Source: an uncultured Candidatus Saccharibacteria bacterium
GTDB taxonomy: Bacteria; Patescibacteriota; Minisyncoccia; Minisyncoccales; RBG-13-42-11
Assembly: GCA_964481125.1 (NCBI GenBank)
Contig: CAYZSL010000001.1
Span: forward strand, 98,468-162,467
Direction: 5' to 3'
DNA length: 64,000 nt
Shown here piece after piece: positions 1-9,428 of the stretch. Under the pieces are notes generated by a model. The model was given only the letters and a program-made list of their open reading frames with translations. It was not told the DNA's origin and did no database searches. How positions within the stretch are numbered: the first letter of the stretch is position 1; each line of letters starts with the position of its first letter. The position numbers were made by a program, and so were the translations under genes.

Positions 1-92
1 AAAATTAAACCAAGCAAACAGCGTGCCTAAAAGTAAAATTATAAATTGCGTTAAGATTATTTTTTTTATATTCATTGATCTTAAAATCTCTA

Positions 93-863
93 TTATTGTT
101 GCGATACGCAAATTTCTCCGTTAAAGCATTTTCCATATCCACAATTGCAAATCTTGACGTAATGGCTATCGTCCGGATGGCAACTGCAGGAACCGATAAG
201 ACACATATTCGGGAAATCACCATTAGATTTGCAACACAGCATTTCTCCTACCTCTCCTCCGGAATCCAGACATGCCTGCTCTGAAAGTGACTTTTCTATT
301 TCCAAAAACTTGAAACTAGTAATTATTCCATTAAAAACATTCACGCATTTCTGGTCAATCTCAGCCGTAGATCCCCAGCTTCTGGTAATTCTGTAAAAAT
401 TACCCTGATTCTCAAAATAGATGAAAACTGGCATGGCGTTGGCTTCTGTAGTTGTTAATTGGATAGCATCAATACCTGCTAATTTAACATTAGTTTCTGC
501 GTAATCTTTGGTCCTCAAGTTGTCTATTTCGCTATCAAAAGAAAAACTCGACGCCTCAACGGCCATTCTGCAGAAATTGTCAGCATCTAGGGAGAAAAAT
601 TCTATTCCTTCCGGAGGTCCAGGATAAGGAGGCTCACCCGGCTTCTGTTCATCCCAGCCTTCGGGATATTGCAGTTCATAAGCGTATTTTTCGTTGGTGT
701 AGTTTTTCCAATTTGTAGTCTCTTCTTGGACTGACATAGTCGTTGTCACCTCGCTTTTCGGCAGCCACCAGCGTTGGTAAACTAAAATTCCTCCAGCCAA
801 TACGACAACGATGATTAAAATCGCTATCGGCATAGCAATTCCCCTGCTTGAAAGTTTAAACAT
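93..863 (-). CDS. Hypothetical membrane-anchored exported protein with a Cys-rich C-terminus
   Basis: 256-aa ORF. N-terminal hydrophobic anchor PIAILIIVVVLAGGILVY. The motif WKNYTNEKYAYELQYPEGW is shared with ORF 3058-3867. The last ~60 aa are Cys-dense (CLDSGGEVGEMLCC..CLIGSCSCHPDD..CNCGYGKCFNGEIC). No family recognised. Confidence 0.6.
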   Translation of the reverse strand: MFKLSSRGIAMPIAILIIVVVLAGGILVYQRWWLPKSEVTTTMSVQEETTNWKNYTNEKYAYELQYPEGWDEQKPGEPPYPGPPEGIEFFSLDADNFCRMAVEASSFSFDSEIDNLRTKDYAETNVKLAGIDAIQLTTTEANAMPVFIYFENQGNFYRITRSWGSTAEIDQKCVNVFNGIITSFKFLEIEKSLSEQACLDSGGEVGEMLCCKSNGDFPNMCLIGSCSCHPDDSHYVKICNCGYGKCFNGEICVSQQ

Positions 864-919
864 AATTATATTATTTAATTATTATTTATTCTAAAAATCT
901 CTTTTTTAAAATAATCAGG

Positions 920-1477
920 TTATCTATTAAATAACTTTAACAGCCAACCGAATAAACTGAATTGGCCCTCCTGCGTTTCTATGAAATTATCAATTCTCGC
1001 TTGCTCCTGTTCTAGTGTCTGAATTTGGTTTTGAAGTTCCGTCCCCTCTGCTTCATTCTGGACATTTTCCATTAATCTATTCAACTGTTCCAATCTGTTT
1101 CTGGTTTGAACAACCTCGCTTCTTAACGCTCCTAAATTCTTGTAGTCTGTACCCATCAAGAATGTCTTTATTCTGCTTCTTGTTTGAATCCTTTCCATCG
1201 CCCGGATCGTTGTGCTTGCCGATTGGTTCTGTTCTTGGGCAATGGTTCTCACCTGCTGGCCAATGCCTCCCTCTCTGTCAGCAACCTGTAAGAGGCTTTG
1301 GACAAAGTTTGCCACGGCGCTTTGATGCTCTTCAGCATTAAGCTGTCCTTGCTGATTTTGTTTTTGACTAGCATTCTGATTTTGTGCCGCTTTTGCATTT
1401 GCAAAAAAGGCAAAAGAAAAAATAAGCATTATTGCTAAAATAGATACGAATAATAGATTGTTTTTTGTTTTAAACAT
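920..1477 (-). CDS. Hypothetical secreted Q/N-rich coiled-coil protein
   Basis: 185-aa ORF with a signal-like N-terminus (LLFVSILAIMLIFSFAFFANA|KAA). The remainder is Gln/Asn/Glu-rich and heptad-like. No family recognised. Confidence 0.55.
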   Translation of the reverse strand: MFKTKNNLLFVSILAIMLIFSFAFFANAKAAQNQNASQKQNQQGQLNAEEHQSAVANFVQSLLQVADREGGIGQQVRTIAQEQNQSASTTIRAMERIQTRSRIKTFLMGTDYKNLGALRSEVVQTRNRLEQLNRLMENVQNEAEGTELQNQIQTLEQEQARIDNFIETQEGQFSLFGWLLKLFNR

Positions 1478-1515
1478 ATTTGATTTATTTTTTAATAATA
1501 ATGCGACCTTTATTT

Positions 1516-1524
1516 ATCTTACCA
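1516..1524 (-). promoter_or_regulatory. Extended -10-like box (TGGTAAGAT) preceded by a T6 tract
   Basis: The minus strand reads CGGTTTTTTGGTAAGAT about 38 nt upstream of the ATG at 1477. The same CGGTTTTTTGGTA[AG][AG]AT motif recurs at 2954-2962 and 3874-3882. Confidence 0.35.
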
Positions 1525-1564
1525 AAAAACCGACTGATTGGCGATTTCTCTAAAACCACAAAAA

Positions 1565-2023
1565 TTAAAATTCTTTATTAAAAATAACCTTATCTCCAAC
1601 TTCTAAACCAATCTTATCCGTTATTCCTCCGTTTAATTCTAAAACGTAACGCGTTTTAACGCCAGAATTAATAATAGAACAAGTATCGGAATTGCATGGT
1701 TGAGTATTTTTACTGATAAAAACTACTTCTTTGTCATTATTAATCCAGATTATATCCAAAGCTATTAAAGTGTTTTTCATCCAAAAAGAAGACTCTTCTC
1801 CGTTTTCAAAAATAAAAAGCATGCCCTTATCTGAATCCAAGCTTTCTCTAAACATCAAGCCTTGAGCTTGCTCTTGGGGGGTTATCGCCAACTCAACGAA
1901 AAAACAATTATCTTCAAAACAAACTTGATCTTGGTTTTCCGGACAAAAATAAAATAAAATTATTATAAATATTAATAATAAAATTGCAGATAAAAGAACA
2001 ATTATTAGGAATTCCTTTTTCAT
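1565..2023 (-). CDS. DUF192-family protein (membrane-anchored)
   Basis: 152 aa with an N-terminal TM segment. GLMFRESLDSDKGMLFIF...MKNTLIALDIIWIN...VLELNGG matches the DUF192/COG1430 pattern as I recall it. Confidence 0.6.
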   Translation of the reverse strand: MKKEFLIIVLLSAILLLIFIIILFYFCPENQDQVCFEDNCFFVELAITPQEQAQGLMFRESLDSDKGMLFIFENGEESSFWMKNTLIALDIIWINNDKEVVFISKNTQPCNSDTCSIINSGVKTRYVLELNGGITDKIGLEVGDKVIFNKEF

Positions 2024-2053
2024 TAAAATTATCCTATCAAAAAAAACGCCTTC

Positions 2054-2329
2054 TTATGCAAATAAGCTCATAATTCCCTTTATGCTTAATAAAACTATAG
2101 CGACAATCAAAATCGTTTGGGATATTACCATAAACAAGGTCAGAATAAGCAAAATACCTGCCATTAAATCAAAAAAGCTTCCTATGTCAGGCAGGAAGGG
2201 AATTGCTTTTATCAGCAGAATCACTGCAAATAAGATTATTACTCCTTTAGGAAAATCGACTTCAGTAACAACTGACAACAATAAGAAAGCGACAAACAAA
2301 TCTAGTAATCCTAAGATTTTAACCATCAA
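2054..2329 (-). CDS. Small integral membrane protein (about 3 TM)
   Basis: 91-aa ORF, almost entirely hydrophobic, lying 1 nt downstream of the stop of gene 2331-2945. Confidence 0.5.
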   Translation of the reverse strand: MMVKILGLLDLFVAFLLLSVVTEVDFPKGVIILFAVILLIKAIPFLPDIGSFFDLMAGILLILTLFMVISQTILIVAIVLLSIKGIMSLFA

Positions 2330-2330
2330 A

Positions 2331-2945
2331 TCACCACTTTATTAAAAATTCATGATATTCGTCACCTTTATAAACACACTTTGTTTCCTCACCTATTGCC
2401 TCTTTTCCAGTTATCACCTGGATTATACTGCAATAATATCCGGCTAGAAAATAACAGTACATGCGGGGCGAATTAATCGGATAAACAGGATAATCTTTAA
2501 GTCTGAGAACTGCGTATTTTTTTTCTTGACTGTATTCTGGCACCGTCAAATCTCCGACTGTAAAGTACATTCTGTGCATCCTTGAACTTGATTTGGCGGC
2601 CTTTTCAATAGAAATAAGATATTTTGCCCAAATCATTATAATATTAGGAAACTTGAAACAAAACCTTCCCATTTCTTGAAATTTTTGTTCATCATAATGG
2701 AAAAGTTCTATAAGAAGCGCAAAAGTAAGGATACTCCACCATAAAGGATAGAAAACCATTGCTTTTAGCTTTTCGTATTGGATCGGACAATCAAAACTTA
2801 ACATCGCTTCTTCTAGCCTCTTTAATCCTTCTTTTTTATTCTCCCGAAGAATGTATTTCCCGTAGTTCTTCAATGCCAATCCTCTTATCTCTCCCTGGAC
2901 ATTCATTATTTTTTCTAATTGTTTTTTTGATATTGTTGGTTCCAT
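2331..2945 (-). CDS. V4R-like (4-vinyl-reductase-type) domain protein
   Basis: 204 aa. The C-terminal YCYFLAGYYCSIIQVITGKEAIGEETKCVYKGDEYHEFLIKW resembles the V4R C..G....G...tG.....E..C...G...C.F pattern. Assigned from memory only. Confidence 0.45.
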   Translation of the reverse strand: MEPTISKKQLEKIMNVQGEIRGLALKNYGKYILRENKKEGLKRLEEAMLSFDCPIQYEKLKAMVFYPLWWSILTFALLIELFHYDEQKFQEMGRFCFKFPNIIMIWAKYLISIEKAAKSSSRMHRMYFTVGDLTVPEYSQEKKYAVLRLKDYPVYPINSPRMYCYFLAGYYCSIIQVITGKEAIGEETKCVYKGDEYHEFLIKW

Positions 2946-2953
2946 ATTGTCTT

Positions 2954-2962
2954 ATTCTACCA
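2954..2962 (-). promoter_or_regulatory. Extended -10 promoter box TGGTAGAAT, 8 nt upstream of the ATG (leaderless-type spacing)
   Basis: The minus strand reads TTTTTTGGTAGAATaagacaatATG. TGnTAnAAT fits an extended -10. Only 8 nt separate the hexamer from the start codon at 2945. Confidence 0.45.
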
Positions 2963-2987
2963 AAAAACCGCCCAAAACAATAGGCGG
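2962..2987 (-). terminator. Rho-independent terminator-like hairpin downstream of gene 3058-3867
   Basis: The minus strand reads CCGCC-tattgttttg-GGCGG followed by TTTTTT, 70 nt after the stop at 3058. Confidence 0.45.
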
Positions 2988-3057
2988 AAATTGGGGCTCC
3001 CCTGGTTGGACGATGTTAGAACCTGTTTTAGGTAGAAATTTAAAAGTGAAAATTACC

Positions 3058-3867
3058 CTATTTGAAATACAATTCTAAAATCTGTTTAATTTGTTTTTGC
3101 ACCTCTTCTGATTTAACGTCGTAATAAAAATTATCACCCAACGATTTCCCTTGTCTATCGGGAACAAAATACCTATAAATAAGTGTGGGTAAATCCCATT
3201 GGTCTTCTTCACTAGTATAGTCTTTATACCTTTTTTCTTTTAATTGTTCTGATGATAATTTTAAAATATCATTTAAAGCAACGATTATACTTTCTTTTTG
3301 AATTTCTGTTTCATATTGCAACTCAATACCTTTAAGATATTCCGTAACTGGATTAATAAATTTAAAAGTAGAAAGTATTCGGTTAGCTATTAAGTCATTA
3401 CCACTCACGGAAGAATAAAGGTAATAATAATTTTTCTTAAGAGGATCTTGTCCTAAATAATGGTAGGCTAAATTATTTGGTTTTGGGTCGTTGGTATAGC
3501 TAAATAAATAAATCATCCCATCTTCGTATTGAGGTTTTGAAGCCTCTTCTTTCAATTTACAGATAGTTTCTCCAGCATGAACTTCTGTTAAATTAAGTGG
3601 GCAGAAAACTAAATCTGGTTTAAGACTAAAAACGTTTTGCTCATACATCCAATCTTTAGGATATTTTATCTCAAATCTATACTCCTCATTCGTGTAAGTA
3701 TTCCAATCAGCAGTTTCATCTATGGGTTTCTCGGGAATAATCATCTCTGGTTGATTGGATAATTCTTCTTGAAAGCTGGAATACCGCCAATAAATAAATC
3801 CGCCAGCTAAAATGGCTGAGATTAATATAATACCTATAGCTATGGCTGTGGGTATTTTTTTATTCAT
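3058..3867 (-). CDS. Hypothetical membrane-anchored exported protein
   Basis: 269 aa with an N-terminal TM segment (IPTAIAIGIILISAILAGGFIYW). The motif WNTYTNEEYRFEIKYPKDW is paralogous to ORF 93-863. Confidence 0.6.
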   Translation of the reverse strand: MNKKIPTAIAIGIILISAILAGGFIYWRYSSFQEELSNQPEMIIPEKPIDETADWNTYTNEEYRFEIKYPKDWMYEQNVFSLKPDLVFCPLNLTEVHAGETICKLKEEASKPQYEDGMIYLFSYTNDPKPNNLAYHYLGQDPLKKNYYYLYSSVSGNDLIANRILSTFKFINPVTEYLKGIELQYETEIQKESIIVALNDILKLSSEQLKEKRYKDYTSEEDQWDLPTLIYRYFVPDRQGKSLGDNFYYDVKSEEVQKQIKQILELYFK

Positions 3868-3873
3868 TAACCT

Positions 3874-3882
3874 ATTCTACCA
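3874..3882 (-). promoter_or_regulatory. Extended -10 promoter box TGGTAGAAT, 6 nt upstream of the ATG (leaderless-type spacing)
   Basis: The minus strand reads CGGTTTTTTGGTAGAATaggttaATG. A 35-nt block (3873-3907) matches 2953-2987 at 31 of 35 positions. Confidence 0.45.
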
Positions 3883-3917
3883 AAAAACCGTCTGAAACAA
3901 TAGGTGGAATTTTCAGC

Positions 3918-3989
3918 TCCGGAGGTAGGACTCGAACCTACAACCCACTCGTTAACAGCGAGGCGCTCTGCCATTGAGCTACTCCGGAA
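3918..3989 (-). tRNA. tRNA-Asn (anticodon GTT)
   Basis: The reverse complement folds as a cloverleaf. Acceptor TCCGGAG/CTCCGGA, D arm GCTC-AATGGCA-GAGC, anticodon loop CTGTTAA, T arm GTAGG-TTCGAGT-CCTAC, discriminator G. No encoded CCA. Confidence 0.9.
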
Positions 3990-4027
3990 TATCTTTTATT
4001 ATATTCAATTTTAATAATTTTTCAAGT

Positions 4028-4414
4028 TTAACGAACCAGCAAAAAATACTGCAAGCTAACAATAACGAAAACGGTTAGGGTAAAACAGGTTATGAATTTA
4101 TGAGGCAAATGTATGTGGAATTTTCCGAAAAACTCCTTGGCAAAAGAATGGCTATAATTTTTTTCGTCTGATATGGACTTACCTCTTAAAAGCTGATGTA
4201 TTGTTGTTAAAAAACAAACCATGCGATATCTTTTAGTCCAAGGCATGATAATTAAACCCCAAATAAACTGATTAAACACAATTATTAAGGTTAAATAGAA
4301 ATGAAATACTATTTTTCCTGGCCACCAACTTTCCGGAACAAGCAGGAGTCCTAGCCAAAAAACGACAATAGCAGAATGAATCAAGAAAATAATTTTTCCT
4401 AAAAAGTCTTTCAT
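4028..4414 (-). CDS. Integral membrane protein (possibly DUF2784-like)
   Basis: 128 aa with four hydrophobic segments. The family guess rests only on weak recall of the W..G..C.LT....LRG pattern. Confidence 0.45.
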   Translation of the reverse strand: MKDFLGKIIFLIHSAIVVFWLGLLLVPESWWPGKIVFHFYLTLIIVFNQFIWGLIIMPWTKRYRMVCFLTTIHQLLRGKSISDEKNYSHSFAKEFFGKFHIHLPHKFITCFTLTVFVIVSLQYFLLVR

Positions 4415-4416
4415 AA

Positions 4417-5658
4417 TCAGTAGCCTTTCAGCTTTTTAAGAGAACCATGCTCCCTGATTCTTTCCAAAGCTTTAGCTTCAATCTGACGGATTCTCTCCCT
4501 GGTTACGCCAAACTCGTTTCCCACTTCTTCTAAAGTGTGGGTTACGCCGTCCTGCAAACCGAATCTCATTGCAAGGATTTTCTGTTCTCTTGGAGTTAAA
4601 TCAACCAAAATTTCTTTCAATCTTTCTTTTAATAAGGTTCTGCCCGCTTCCAAAGAGGGAGAAATTGACTTTTCGTCTTCAATAAACTCAGCTAAAACAG
4701 AGTCTTCTTCGTCTTCGCCAACAGGAGTTTCGAGAGAAACAGTATCCTGAGAGATTTTCATAATATGATAGACCTTTTCCAATTCAATACCCATTTCAGC
4801 TGCAATTTCTTCCGGCAAAGGTTCCCTGCCCAAATCCTGCAGCAGCCTTCTTCTTACCTGGGTGTATTTGGAAATCGTTTCCACCATATGAACCGGAATT
4901 CTGATGGTCCTTGCCTGATCAGCCAAGGCTCTGGTAATTGCCTGGCGAATCCACCAGGTAGCGTAAGTTGAAAACTTATAACCTCTTCTCCAGTCAAACT
5001 TTTCAACTGCCCGGAAAAGCCCCAAATTTCCTTCCTGAATCAAATCCAACAAAGTCAGATTAGGAGAACGACCAACATATCTTTTAGCAATGGAAACGAC
5101 CAATCTCAAATTAGCTTTGGCTAATTTTTTCTTTGCTTCAAGGTCACCTTTCTCTATCTTTTTTGCCAGTTCTTTTTCTTCGGCCGCTGTAACAAAGGAA
5201 AGTTTGCCTATCTCCTTCAAATACATTTGAATCGGGTCTATCCTGCTCTCGCTTGCTTTTGGTTTTTTAACTTTTTCTCCGATTGTAATCAATTCTTTGA
5301 CCTCCTGCACTTCGATCCCAGCCTTTTCAAAATCATCGTAAAGCCTTTCCAGCCCCTTTATATCCCTTTCTATTGCTGGAAAATAATAAAGGATTTCAGA
5401 ATAAGTGACGAATCCCCTTTCTTTTCCCTTTTCAAGAAGCTGCTGGAATTTTTCCTCAGTGAAAACCTTTTTCGGCCTGCCCAACTTTATCGTTATTCTT
5501 TTCTTTCTCTTCGCCTTTTTCCTTAACTTAACTCTGGCTTTCTTTTTAATTATTTTCTTGGATTTGGGCTTTTTCTTAGCAACAATCCTTTTCTTCTTTG
5601 GCGCTCTTTTCTTTTTAGCTGATCTTTTCTTCTTTTTTACTTTTTTTGATTTTGGCAT
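4417..5658 (-). CDS. rpoD: RNA polymerase sigma-70 factor RpoD with a polybasic N-terminal extension
   Basis: 413 aa. Region 2 ([38 protein letters not shown]), region 3 and region 4 ([24 protein letters not shown]) are present. The first ~65 aa are almost pure Lys/Arg. Lies downstream of dnaG as in the MMS operon. Confidence 0.95.
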   Translation of the reverse strand: MPKSKKVKKKKRSAKKKRAPKKKRIVAKKKPKSKKIIKKKARVKLRKKAKRKKRITIKLGRPKKVFTEEKFQQLLEKGKERGFVTYSEILYYFPAIERDIKGLERLYDDFEKAGIEVQEVKELITIGEKVKKPKASESRIDPIQMYLKEIGKLSFVTAAEEKELAKKIEKGDLEAKKKLAKANLRLVVSIAKRYVGRSPNLTLLDLIQEGNLGLFRAVEKFDWRRGYKFSTYATWWIRQAITRALADQARTIRIPVHMVETISKYTQVRRRLLQDLGREPLPEEIAAEMGIELEKVYHIMKISQDTVSLETPVGEDEEDSVLAEFIEDEKSISPSLEAGRTLLKERLKEILVDLTPREQKILAMRFGLQDGVTHTLEEVGNEFGVTRERIRQIEAKALERIREHGSLKKLKGY

Positions 5659-8552
5659 TTTTGTTGAAGTATTTGGTTAAAGTCTTTGGTTAATTCCCCA
5701 ACTCTTTCCCAATTTTTTTCTTCTTCTGCCCTTTTAATTTCCTGGGATATCTGATCCAATTCGTTCTTGGCTTTTATCAGGACGGTTTCAGACAAGCAAT
5801 ACTGTATTTCAGATTCAATATCCTTTTCTTCGATTTCCTCTATTTCCGACTTTAAGGCAAGCTGATTGAATAATTCCGAATCGATCTTCAAACCATTTTT
5901 CATCTTTAGCATAATCTCCTTGATTTGGGGAGAGAAATCTTCCAGGCATTCGTCTTTGATAATTTCTATACTTTTTGGAAATTTTAAAAATAAGATGACC
6001 AATCTTTCTTCCAGAAGCTCATTTCTTGATTTTACGGGCAAATTCTTAATCTCCTCTGGCTCCATACCCAAATAATCAGAATATTCTTCCAGTTTGATTT
6101 TTTTCAATTCTTCTTCAATATTTTCTTCTTTTGTCTTAAGCCTCTTTGCCAGATCACTAATCCAATGAGACTGGACTATTCTATTGGAAATTCTTTTAAT
6201 GATCGGCAGCAATATTTTTGAAATTTCTTTTTTGCCTTCGGGAGTATCTTTGTCAAATTTTGAAAAAGCGCTTTCAAAATAGAAATCCATGATTGATTTT
6301 GCTTCCTTCGCCTTCTCTCCCCAAGCTTTCGGATCTTTAAAAATTAAGTCTGCCGGATCCAGGCCCTCTGGCAAAACAATAACTTTAACATCAAAACCGT
6401 GAAGCTGTGCCAGACCAATTCCCCTCTTGGTGGCTGCTTCCCCTGCTATATCCATATCAAAAGCAGTCAATAAATTATCAGAATACCTCTTTAAGGTTTT
6501 AAGCTGCAAAGGAGTCAAAGCAGTGCCTGAAGTAGCCACGACATTTTCAAAACCAGCCTGAGAAACCATTATTAAGTCAACGTAACCTTCCACTAAAATG
6601 CAGAAATCATTTTTCCGTATTTCCACTTTCGCTTTGTCCAAGCCGTAAAGAATGCGGCTTTTATCGTAAAGAATGGTCTGGGGAGTATTTACATATTTGG
6701 CGATTTCCTTTTTGTCTTTTTCCTTAAAAACCCGGCCACCAAATCCAACCACCTGAGAATTCAAATCAAAAATGGGAAATATAATCCTACCCCTGAATCT
6801 GTCGTAAAAAGAACCTTTTTCAGAAGACAAGCCTACCCCAGCTTTCTTAATTTCCTCCTGCGAATAATTCCTGGAACTCAAAAAATCAGCTAAGCCCTGC
6901 CAGACATCGGGCGCATAACCGACTCTCCACTTTTCCAAACTTTCCTTTGCAATGCCCCTATCTAAAAGGTACTGCTTAGCTTCCTTGCCTGTTTTGCTTT
7001 CTGCCAGCTGCTTTTCAAAGAATCTTGTTGCCAAATCGCAAATTTCGTAAAGACGCTCTCTTTCTGTTTGAAATTCTTTGTATTCTTTGGTTTGCCTTTT
7101 TAGTTCCACGCCCGCTCTCTGAGCAAGAATGCGCAAAGCGTCGCCAAACTCAACCCCTTCAATCTCTTTAACAAAGCCGAACATGTCCCCTCCCTTCCCA
7201 CAATTTCCAACTACAAAATTTGGAGTCATAAAAGAATGGTCCTTGGCAACAGTCAGATTATAAACATCTCCCTTAAAGGGTCTTTTTTTGATTTCTCTAA
7301 TTGGACATAACCAATATAAAACTTTACTTTTTTGGTCTTGATAGAATTGAGAGAAATTTAAGATATAATCCTCTTGCCAATGCACAGTGAAAGCTGTTTT
7401 GTGATGAACATCATTTTTGTCAATTTTTTCTTTTTCTACATAAAATCCAGGTGATTTGCCTAATCTTAATAAAATATCCCTTAATTGTTCAGCTAAAATT
7501 AATGAAATTGTAGTAATGGTTCTATATCTTCTATCTTTTTTACATTTTGCAACTTTACCGCTGAAACCGTCACCTCTATAAATTGCTTCTAAAATTATTC
7601 TCTGTTTTACTAAAGGAAGCTGTTGAAATTCAAAAGGGATATGTTTATTCTCAGCATGCAAACCACATAAATTTTCAAAAATATTTGACAACTTAGAATT
7701 GCACGCACTAACCTCTATCCCAGTTTTTTGCTCTTTTTTTCGCAAGTGAATTCCAGCTTTTATCCCAAAAATTTCCTTTATTAAATTTTTAATTTCTATG
7801 GCAAATTTCTTTTCGTGATTACCTAAACTAAATCTTATATAAGCTCGATGATTACTGCCTTCGGCAATATAATATCCGATTAATTTTAAAAATTTTTCAT
7901 CAACTTTTACAATAGTAGAAATTTCATTAATATCCGGACCGTAATTACTAACTCTCCTATTGTAATATTGATTTAAATTGATAACTTCTATGTCTTTTAC
8001 TTTTTGATCAATTGGGTAAAGTAGATAATCGTTTACAGAAAGACGATTTGCAGGCAATTTCTCTATTTTATATTTTAAATAAAACTGTGGACAATATTTT
8101 TTGTCACATCTCCATTGACAGATTCTTGTGTTACGACCTTTATAAGGACAATTTTTTGTCTTCATCACATATACTTCATGCTCGGCAGTTAAAGAAACAA
8201 TCTGATTTGACTTTCTTGTTTTAATATCAACCATCTCTCCTTTGTAAGGCCTCCAAAGGGTTCTAACTACCGGCATAAATCTTCCCCTATGAGTTAAAAC
8301 CATTTGCCCAACTCCGATATCTTCAATGTTATGAAATCCTTTTTCCGTTTTAATTAAAGATTTAGCCGGAAAACAACCAAAACAATGCCAAATCTGACGC
8401 GCAGGAGAAACAAAAAAAGAAGGTTTTTTCTCAGAATGAAAAGGACAGACAGCCCGATAATTGGCTCCTGCTTTTTGAAGCTTGATATAGCTGCCGATTA
8501 CCTCGATTATATCGAGCCTGCTCTTGATTTCATCAATAGGCGAAGAAATCAT
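5637..8552 (-). CDS. dnaG: DNA primase DnaG interrupted by an intein
   Basis: Zn-ribbon [18 protein letters not shown][intein][16 protein letters not shown] region ([39 protein letters not shown]). The start is set at the ATG at 8552 ([10 protein letters not shown]), 4 nt after the mscS stop; the ORF-track start at 8612 would overlap mscS. Overlaps rpoD by 22 nt. Confidence 0.9.
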   Translation of the reverse strand: MISSPIDEIKSRLDIIEVIGSYIKLQKAGANYRAVCPFHSEKKPSFFVSPARQIWHCFGCFPAKSLIKTEKGFHNIEDIGVGQMVLTHRGRFMPVVRTLWRPYKGEMVDIKTRKSNQIVSLTAEHEVYVMKTKNCPYKGRNTRICQWRCDKKYCPQFYLKYKIEKLPANRLSVNDYLLYPIDQKVKDIEVINLNQYYNRRVSNYGPDINEISTIVKVDEKFLKLIGYYIAEGSNHRAYIRFSLGNHEKKFAIEIKNLIKEIFGIKAGIHLRKKEQKTGIEVSACNSKLSNIFENLCGLHAENKHIPFEFQQLPLVKQRIILEAIYRGDGFSGKVAKCKKDRRYRTITTISLILAEQLRDILLRLGKSPGFYVEKEKIDKNDVHHKTAFTVHWQEDYILNFSQFYQDQKSKVLYWLCPIREIKKRPFKGDVYNLTVAKDHSFMTPNFVVGNCGKGGDMFGFVKEIEGVEFGDALRILAQRAGVELKRQTKEYKEFQTERERLYEICDLATRFFEKQLAESKTGKEAKQYLLDRGIAKESLEKWRVGYAPDVWQGLADFLSSRNYSQEEIKKAGVGLSSEKGSFYDRFRGRIIFPIFDLNSQVVGFGGRVFKEKDKKEIAKYVNTPQTILYDKSRILYGLDKAKVEIRKNDFCILVEGYVDLIMVSQAGFENVVATSGTALTPLQLKTLKRYSDNLLTAFDMDIAGEAATKRGIGLAQLHGFDVKVIVLPEGLDPADLIFKDPKAWGEKAKEAKSIMDFYFESAFSKFDKDTPEGKKEISKILLPIIKRISNRIVQSHWISDLAKRLKTKEENIEEELKKIKLEEYSDYLGMEPEEIKNLPVKSRNELLEERLVILFLKFPKSIEIIKDECLEDFSPQIKEIMLKMKNGLKIDSELFNQLALKSEIEEIEEKDIESEIQYCLSETVLIKAKNELDQISQEIKRAEEEKNWERVGELTKDFNQILQQKCQNQKK
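7203..8375 (-). mobile_element. Intein (391 aa) with a LAGLIDADG homing-endonuclease domain, inserted in the DnaG zinc ribbon
   Basis: Begins with Cys ([10 protein letters not shown]). Block B is [17 protein letters not shown] motifs are [12 protein letters not shown] and [10 protein letters not shown]. Ends [21 protein letters not shown] followed by a +1 Cys. Removing it restores the canonical [15 protein letters not shown]. Confidence 0.85.
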
Positions 8553-8556
8553 ATGC

Positions 8557-9414
8557 TTATTTTTTCCATTTATCCCTTGGCCAGACCGATATCTGCGGGA
8601 AAGGAATTTCAATGTTTTCTTTGTCGAAAGCGATCTTTAACCTTCTCCTGAATTCTCTCATTATATCCCACTGCTGGAAAGGCTTGGTATCGCCAAGCAA
8701 CTTAATTGATATGCCAGAATCGTCAAAACTATCGGGCCCAGTTCCCAAAACTTGAATAGGTTTGATAATGTTTTCCTTCCAAGGAGACTCTTCTGCCATA
8801 TTCTTGCCGACTTTATTTATTAAAGCTATCACTTTATCCAAATCTTCTTTATAAGCTACGCTGATATTCATATGGGCGCGGGAATAATCATGGGTCATAT
8901 TAGCTACCTTGCTGAAAGAACCGTTGGGAACATGATGGACTTTGCCGTCCAAATCCCTTAAAACAGTTTTCCTGATACTGATATCTTCAACTATGCCGCA
9001 AGTATTGTCCAGACAAATCACATCTCCTATCCTATATTGGTTTTCAAGGATTATAAAAAGGCCGGCCAAGAAATCCTTTATCATCCATTGGGCGCCAAAA
9101 CCCAAAGCCACTCCCAGAATTCCGGCTCCAGCCAGAATCGGACCGATATTCAAGCCCAGTTCGGAGATAATCATGATACCGGCAGCCAACCAGACAACAA
9201 CGCTCAAAATACCGTTAAGAATCCTGATTAAGGTCTTTTCCCTTTTGCTTTCAGCTGTTGCATCTTCACAATTCACCGCTTTCCTGACCGCTTTCTTGAT
9301 TAATTTTTTGACGAAGAAATTGATAAAATAAGCAACAATTAGAATCAAAACAATCTTAATTCCCTGGACCAAAAACCAACTTATTAAAATTTGAAGAATA
9401 TTTTGAAAAGTCAT
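8557..9414 (-). CDS. mscS: Small-conductance mechanosensitive channel (MscS family)
   Basis: 285 aa with three N-terminal TM segments. The MscS core is FIILENQYRIGDVICLDNTCGIVEDISIRKTVLRDLDGKVHHVPNGSF. Confidence 0.85.
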   Translation of the reverse strand: MTFQNILQILISWFLVQGIKIVLILIVAYFINFFVKKLIKKAVRKAVNCEDATAESKREKTLIRILNGILSVVVWLAAGIMIISELGLNIGPILAGAGILGVALGFGAQWMIKDFLAGLFIILENQYRIGDVICLDNTCGIVEDISIRKTVLRDLDGKVHHVPNGSFSKVANMTHDYSRAHMNISVAYKEDLDKVIALINKVGKNMAEESPWKENIIKPIQVLGTGPDSFDDSGISIKLLGDTKPFQQWDIMREFRRRLKIAFDKENIEIPFPQISVWPRDKWKK

Positions 9415-9428
9415 AATTTCTTAAATAA

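Noticed and set aside
5-284. ORFs 5-223 (-) and 75-284 (+) at the window edge
   Set aside because: Both overlap the C-terminal coding region of ORF 93-863 in other frames, and neither has recognisable features.
8553-8612. ORF-track start of dnaG at 8612 (20 extra residues MKFLSRRYRSGQGINGKNKH)
   Set aside because: It would overlap the 3-prime end of mscS by 56 nt. The ATG at 8552 gives the conserved primase N-terminus and sits 4 nt after the mscS stop.
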